A DNA stretch of 64,000 nucleotides, taken from NCBI RefSeq assembly GCF_001194135.2, contig NC_068981.1, positions 94,359,343-94,423,342 of the forward strand, in the 5' to 3' direction. This document shows, one piece after another, positions 54,801-61,674 of this stretch. Numbering within the stretch: the first letter of the stretch is position 1; each line of letters begins with the position of its first letter. The DNA is from Octopus bimaculoides. Taxonomy: Eukaryota. The notes below the pieces were generated by a model, which was not told the origin of the DNA, ran no database searches, and saw only the letters and a list, made by a program, of their open reading frames with translations. The position numbers and the translations under genes were made by a program.

Positions 54801-57800
54801 GTAGTTCATCTATGGAGATAGTGAGGTACAAGACTCTTTCAGGAATATGTGGTGAGTGTCATTGTACAGTTAAAGAACATGAGTTTGATATTGTACATTA
54901 AAAGATATTCTTAAAGTGTCTGTTCATACATATAGTTGATATCTAGCATGAGTTCTGTGTGTGGAATATTATAAAGGAATAAAAACAAAGAGACTACAAC
55001 CTTTATATGAGAGTGGTTGGTTGGCACTCTGTCGGTTTTGATGACAAGGGTTCCAGTTGATCCCATCAACGGAACAGCTTGCTCGAGAAATTAATGTGCA
55101 AGTGGCTGAGCACTCCACAGACACATGTACCCTTAATGTAGTTTTCAGGGAGATTCAGCGTGACACAGAGTGTGACAAGGCTGGCCCTTTGAAATACAGG
55201 TACAACAGAAACAGGAAGAGTGAGAGAAAGTTGCGGTGAAAGAGTACAGCAGGGTTCGCCACCATCCTCTGCTGGAGCCTTGTGGAACTTTAGGTGTTTT
55301 TGCTCAATAAACACTCACAATGCCTGGTCTGGGAATCGAAACCGTGATCCTACGACCGCGAGTCCGCTGCCCTAACCCCTGGGCCATTGTGCCTCCACTA
55401 TATGAGAGTAGCTAGATATGACAGCAAGTATTGCACTGAAGGGAGAGAGTGGAAGGAAGCATTACTAAACCTTAAAATATAGCAGAGTTGATAGTGTAAG
55501 AGTTGGAGATGCAGCAATGGTGTGAATTGATGAGAAGCTTCCAATTCAAGAATTGTAAAACGAATGGAAATCATAGATGATAATGAATATGGTCAATCTT
55601 GAAATAAGTTCTGATAATTGTTTTAAATGCCAACTACTACAAAATCTTAATGACGGTATGTGGGGAAATCTTAGGTTTAGATAAAAGTTATAAATTTTTA
55701 ACATACTTGGCAAGTTTCGCAAGTAAGTCTTCTCCTGTTATGTTGATAAAATATTTGTTAAAGGAATCCAATGTCAAATTTGTGTTATCATTCCATATGA
55801 ATTTTGGAGGCTGCATCACCAAATAACCAATTAATGATTCCAGTTTCTTTCTAGACATCTCATATGCTGTGTAGTTTACTGAAAGTTTTTCACTCAATGT
55901 ACCATTTTCAAAAAGTTTAAACTGAAAATATTAGTTTATAAATATATAAGGTAACATTCTTATCATTAATAGCAAGAAAAAATTATAAACAAAGTTTCAT
56001 AGCACTTAACTGGGTAATTGAAATATTATATTTCAATTGTTTATATTTCTGTAGCAAAAGAATTATACTAGAATCAGATCAATAAGAAAATATTTGAAAT
56101 ACATTCTATTTTCATCTAGGAATCTTCAAATCAGAGTAGCTTAGTCTTAAGATACAAAATAGCATTAATCTATCTGTCTGTCTGTCTGTCTGTTTGTCTA
56201 TCTAGGTCGTCCCTCAGGACACCCCAAGACTGTTTCCACATGTTTTCCCCATTCATCTCAATCTTCCATAATGGTCCTCAACTCCTGTATCCCTTCCATA
56301 CCAGGATCATGTTGAGACAAAGTGGGTATTGTAAAAAAGGAAAACAAAAGGGGTTTCACATTATATACCGTGTATCTATAAAACATTGAAGTTATACATT
56401 TGATTAATGATGAAATAAAGGTGGTGAGCTGAAAGAATCATTAACACACTAGATAAACTGCTTAAGAGCATCTTTTCCAGTTTTAAGTTCTGAGTTCAAA
56501 TTCCACCTAGGCCAACTTTGCCTTTCAACCTTTCAGAATTAATAAAATAAGTACTGTCAAGTATCTGGGTTGATGTAATCAGCTGAGCCTCCCTAAAATT
56601 TCAAGCCTTGTGCCTATAGTAGAAAGGATTAATGGTGAAATAAATTTAACAGGTAGCATAGAGAAGAATAATTAAAAGTTCACAAAATCTCACCATTTCC
56701 CAAAGACTGCTGAAACCAGGAAGTGTCTCCTCTAATTCTTGTAAGAGGTTTTCAAAGTTAACTGGTCCTATCAGGTCACATGCTGTTTGTATAGTGCTTT
56801 TATCTTTAAAGTATGGGAACAGTTTTTGGAAAAGAGTCATATTGTAACACATCTTTTCCCATAGAGTCTCATCTTCAATAAATGGTAGAAACTGTGGAGA
56901 AAATATACAACAGATATATTATAATCTAAATAATTTCAATATAAGTTAAAGATGTATCGATATAATAGTGCAGCTGCACTTATAAACTTAGTGAATTTTG
57001 ATTGTCTTTAAGTAATATCGTGTTTGGTTGTCTTTTCTATATTATCTTTTTAAACCACTACTTTGCTTAACACATTAAAATATTAGTATATGAAACAAGT
57101 AACTGAAACACTTTTTAATATGAATGCTAATTTTATGCCAAGGCTCATAGTAAAAGACCTAGGGTATCATTTTTGCAGGTGTTGTGGATGAGTGATAAAT
57201 CTGGAATACAAAGTAAATAGTATACCTGCCTAAACAAAAACAAACCAAAAACAACAATTTGTTACTGAACAGTTAGCTGGAGCCTTTGAAGTTTAGATCT
57301 TAAAAAGTTTAGGTCTCAAAAATACAATGATCAATATACTTGATAACATACTGTATTGCAGAGCATTCTAACTCCTCTTTGTGTTCATGAATCCCCACAC
57401 CCTCATTCTAAAAGAAGTATACATAATAACAGTTTCTAAGAAATATGTTGATAGCATTTCATTATCTATTTAATGTTGTCATCAAATTGGCAAATACTCA
57501 AGTAAAAAAAAATCTGAGAGATCAATTCAGATAAATTCTATCAAAAGTATGAATTGATTTTTTAACATGTTCTTTCTCAACATTTCCCATGGACATTATC
57601 ATGTTGAAGTCTTATCATTCTTATATTGAAATAAACTATCTGGTTTTGATAGTTTATTTCTTGTAACTATGTTGAATGTAGAACAGTGGTAAAAATGAAA
57701 TAGGAATAAAAATAATAACATTTGATTTCATTTCTTTTTGTTAACAGACCAGTTTTATGGTGATAATTCTAGAAATTTTGATAGTTTATTCTTGATTTTG

Positions 57801-60800
57801 TTATCTATTATTGTGGAAAGAAATATAGTCGTTTGTCTTGGATTCATTAAGAGTATTATTAATTTTACTTATTGGAAATGAAAATCAGATCATTTTCTTT
57901 CTTTTACACTACTTACCCTCTCAGGATTTATAAACATGTCTAAAGCAGTTGCAGCAAACAATGAAGAAATTTCTGGTGTAATTTCAACCTGCCCAAGAAG
58001 CTTCCTGAGTTCTGTAGAATTTATATACTCAAACATATTGAATGAACCAGATGCTGAAACAGAGTGTATTGAATATTTTTGATTTTAAAAATGTAACTGC
58101 ACAATATTCTTATATGGAAACAAAGGAATATGAGCAAGAGTTAGTATCTGTGGTACATAATTTTGAAGTTGAACATAATTACTGACTACCAAAATATGAT
58201 CAAATATATATAAAAAAATATATTTTAATGATATTGAATGAGAAGTACATTCAAAACTCAGTTTCTTTTCACTTTTATTTTAAGCTAATTTTGCATATCA
58301 ACTTCGCCTTCCTGGCATTTGTGCCACTGGCACATGAAAAGACATTCGAGCAAGATTGTTCGCTGCCTTCCTGGCACTTGTGTCAGTGGCACGTGAAAAG
58401 ACATTTGATCAAGATCGTTGCCAGTGCCGATGGACTGGCCCCTATGCAGGTGACACATAAAATACACCATTTCTAGTGTGGCCATCACCAGTACCGCCTG
58501 ACTGGCCCTCGTGCCGGTGGCACGTAAAACACCCACTACACTCTTGGAGTGGTTGGCGTTAGGAAGGGCATCCAGCTGTAGAAACTCTGCCAAATCAGAT
58601 TGGAGCCCGGTGTCGCCTCCTGGTCCACCAGTCCTCAGTCAAATCATCCAACCCATGCTAGCATGGAAAGCGGACATTAAACGACGATGATGATGATGAT
58701 GATTGCCAGTTATCCACAAAGAATCAAAAGCTGATGAGGTCAATGCATGCTTATAAAAATCGTACCTTTGGAGACATGTGAAAAACTTCATCTAACAAGC
58801 AACATCAGAGTACTTCTACAAGGCGATCATACGAGCTTTTTAAGGTTGGTAATGAAATATTAACATTCAACTCAAATTACATGCAGTCAAATGATACTTT
58901 CTCTTAGGGATCTTATGGATAAAGTATTTCCTAATTTATATGTCAATTTCACTGATGTAAACTGGCAATGTGAAAGAGTTATACTAGCTCCAACTAATGA
59001 AATGTTTTATAAACTCAGTCATGAATTTCTTCAAAAGTTAACAGATATATTAGAAATGATTTTTCAATCAATTGACAACAGTTGATCAAGATCAGGTTGT
59101 TCAATACCCTGTTGAATTTCTGAACACATTTAAACCCACTGGGATGCCACCACATAACTTGACACTAAAACTGGGCGCTCCCATTATGTTGCTTAGGAAT
59201 CTTGACTCATCTCACCTGTTGCTTGCTCACATGTTGGAAGCAGCAACAATTTATTCATTTTGACACAAACAGAAAATTACACAATGTATATTATTTGCCC
59301 TGAGGTGCTTCAACATTGACAGATTTTCAGTTTGAAATTCTATTATCATTACAATTTGGATATTTTTCAATAAAATATAGATATTTTGAAATAATTATGA
59401 AAATATATCTTTATATTTGTTTACTAAACTGAATAAGAACAGCAGTAACTCAGGCAATGCTGGGCCATTCAGGTAGTATATATATATATATATANNNNNN
59501 NNNNNNNNNNNNNNNNNNNNNNNNNNNNNNNNNNNNNNNNNNNNNNNNNNNNNNNNNNNNNNNNNNNNNNNNNNNNNNNNNNNNNNNNNNNNNNNNNNNN
59601 NNNNNNNNNNNNNNNNNNNNNNNNNNNNNNNNNNNNNNNNNNNNNNNNNNNNNNNNNNNNNNNNNNNNNNNNNNNNNNNNNNNNNNNNNNNNNNNNNNNN
59701 NNNNNNNNNNNNNNNNNNNNNNNNNNNNNNNNNNNNNNNNNNNNNNNNNNNNNNNNNNNNNNNNNNNNNNNNNNNNNNNNNNNNNNNNNNNNNNNNNNNN
59801 NNNNNNNNNNNNNNNNNNNNNNNNNNNNNNNNNNNNNNNNNNNNNNNNNNNNNNNNNNNTATATATATATATGTATGTATATATATATATATATACATAC
59901 ATGTGATATATATTTACACATGCACATACATGTATGAAATTATATATATGTATAATTTCAAAGGAATTCAGGAAATACTTACCAGAAATAACTTCTAGAT
60001 TTGCATTGATAAACTCAATGAATTTTTGTTCCACAAGAATATTGGTATTTTGCATTTCTAATCCAGTCATGTCACCAATCATTTCAATAATTTTCATTAT
60101 ATTTATCTCCAGTTTAGTACTAAAACAAAAGAAAAGATAAAAAGGGAATATATATTTTATATTAATTTATAGGAGACATATATTTTGTTCAGAAATGTTT
60201 TTTTGTACACTGACAAGTTTTACTTTAAGAGAAAGAATAAGCATTCCTCACAGGTATTTCTAATGTAGCCAAATATCATCGTGAACATTTCTGCTCTAAA
60301 TAATCTAGAATTCATTAAAGGTTATTAAATCTTGAAGGTGATTATTACCTGAAGTAGTTGTATCATACGGTTTATCTTTTATGTTATAAAGAATGCGTAT
60401 AAGTTAAGTTTATCTTTAAGCTAGAGATGAAAAAAAAAAGAAATTCTTTCGGCAGCATATGACCAATCATATAACTTTGACTATAAACATATTTTTCCAA
60501 CTTATTGTCATTACAATTCTTGTTTTAACATGTTTAACTCATAATTTTGAGCCTTCAATGCAACATGTCAGCACATTTCAATGTTGTATTATCTTGTCAG
60601 AGTCACATCTTTAAATCTAGCCTCACAACTTTCTCTATATCTTTTGTTGACCTTCATACGTTTTTTTACTACTAGACTTTCTTGAAAGCTCTAAGGTAAA
60701 ATTTCATCAGTGATATTGTATTCATAGAGTATATAAAGAGTGATTTAAAAATTGGTCACTTTTTCAACATATACAACATAACATTATCTAAGAAAGTGTT

Positions 60801-61629
60801 ATATTTCAGGATGGTCAATTTTTTTCTTTTTGACAAATAAACATACAACACATACATGATAAATTTGTTCTTCACTTTAGTTTTATTATTGTTCTAATTT
60901 TAGCGTCCTTTGTCCGAAATCTTTCATCACTGCTCCTGTGACATCTTCAATGACTGCCTATCTCAGAGACATGTGGGATAGTGAGTTGCTGAAGAGGTCA
61001 CAGGAGGTGTGACAAAAGATTTCAAAGGACACTAAAATAACAATAACAATAAGAATAAGATCAATAATAAAGCTGAAGTGAAGAACAAGTGTATAATGTA
61101 TGTGCTTATCTAAGAAACAAATTGTTAAAATCTTATATTATTTGATGGTTCATTTCTTAGGTTATTTTCAGATATGGGCTTCAACCAGAAGCTAGAAAGT
61201 GGAAAGTGGAAACAAGAATGTACTTTGGGTTACAACTTATATTTTTATTCCAAAAGATACCTCAAGAGAAAGCATAGGTGTCATATCCCTCTATCTTTAT
61301 ATCCCTCCAAAGTTTTTAGGTTTGAAACCTGCATAAATTAGAATTATTAGTTCATGATTTTAAACCTTGTTGCAATCCATTATTTTTAAACTGTTAAGTA
61401 AGACATATTACATTTCTTTCCTTTGTTTTATTGCAGAAAAATACTGTAGTTTATGATCTAGTGGAAAATTACATATCACAATAATTCAAGCAAAACCTTG
61501 ATGGGAAACCCATTAAAAATTGGAAAAATTAAATGACTAGTTAAAGTCATAGATGTAATTCTTTGTACAAGGTGTATGTGTGTATGTGTTTATATACATG
61601 TATGATATATATACGTGTGTATGTATGTG

Positions 61630-61674
<45 letters not shown>

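Noticed and set aside
55340-55398. tRNA-like sequences (also at S1, S2 and S4 heads)
   Set aside because: They are SINE heads, attached to repeat bodies and degenerate.
2206-59927. ORFs containing X runs, or YI/CV/RE/N/L homopolymer-like peptides
   Set aside because: They arise from N gaps and microsatellites.
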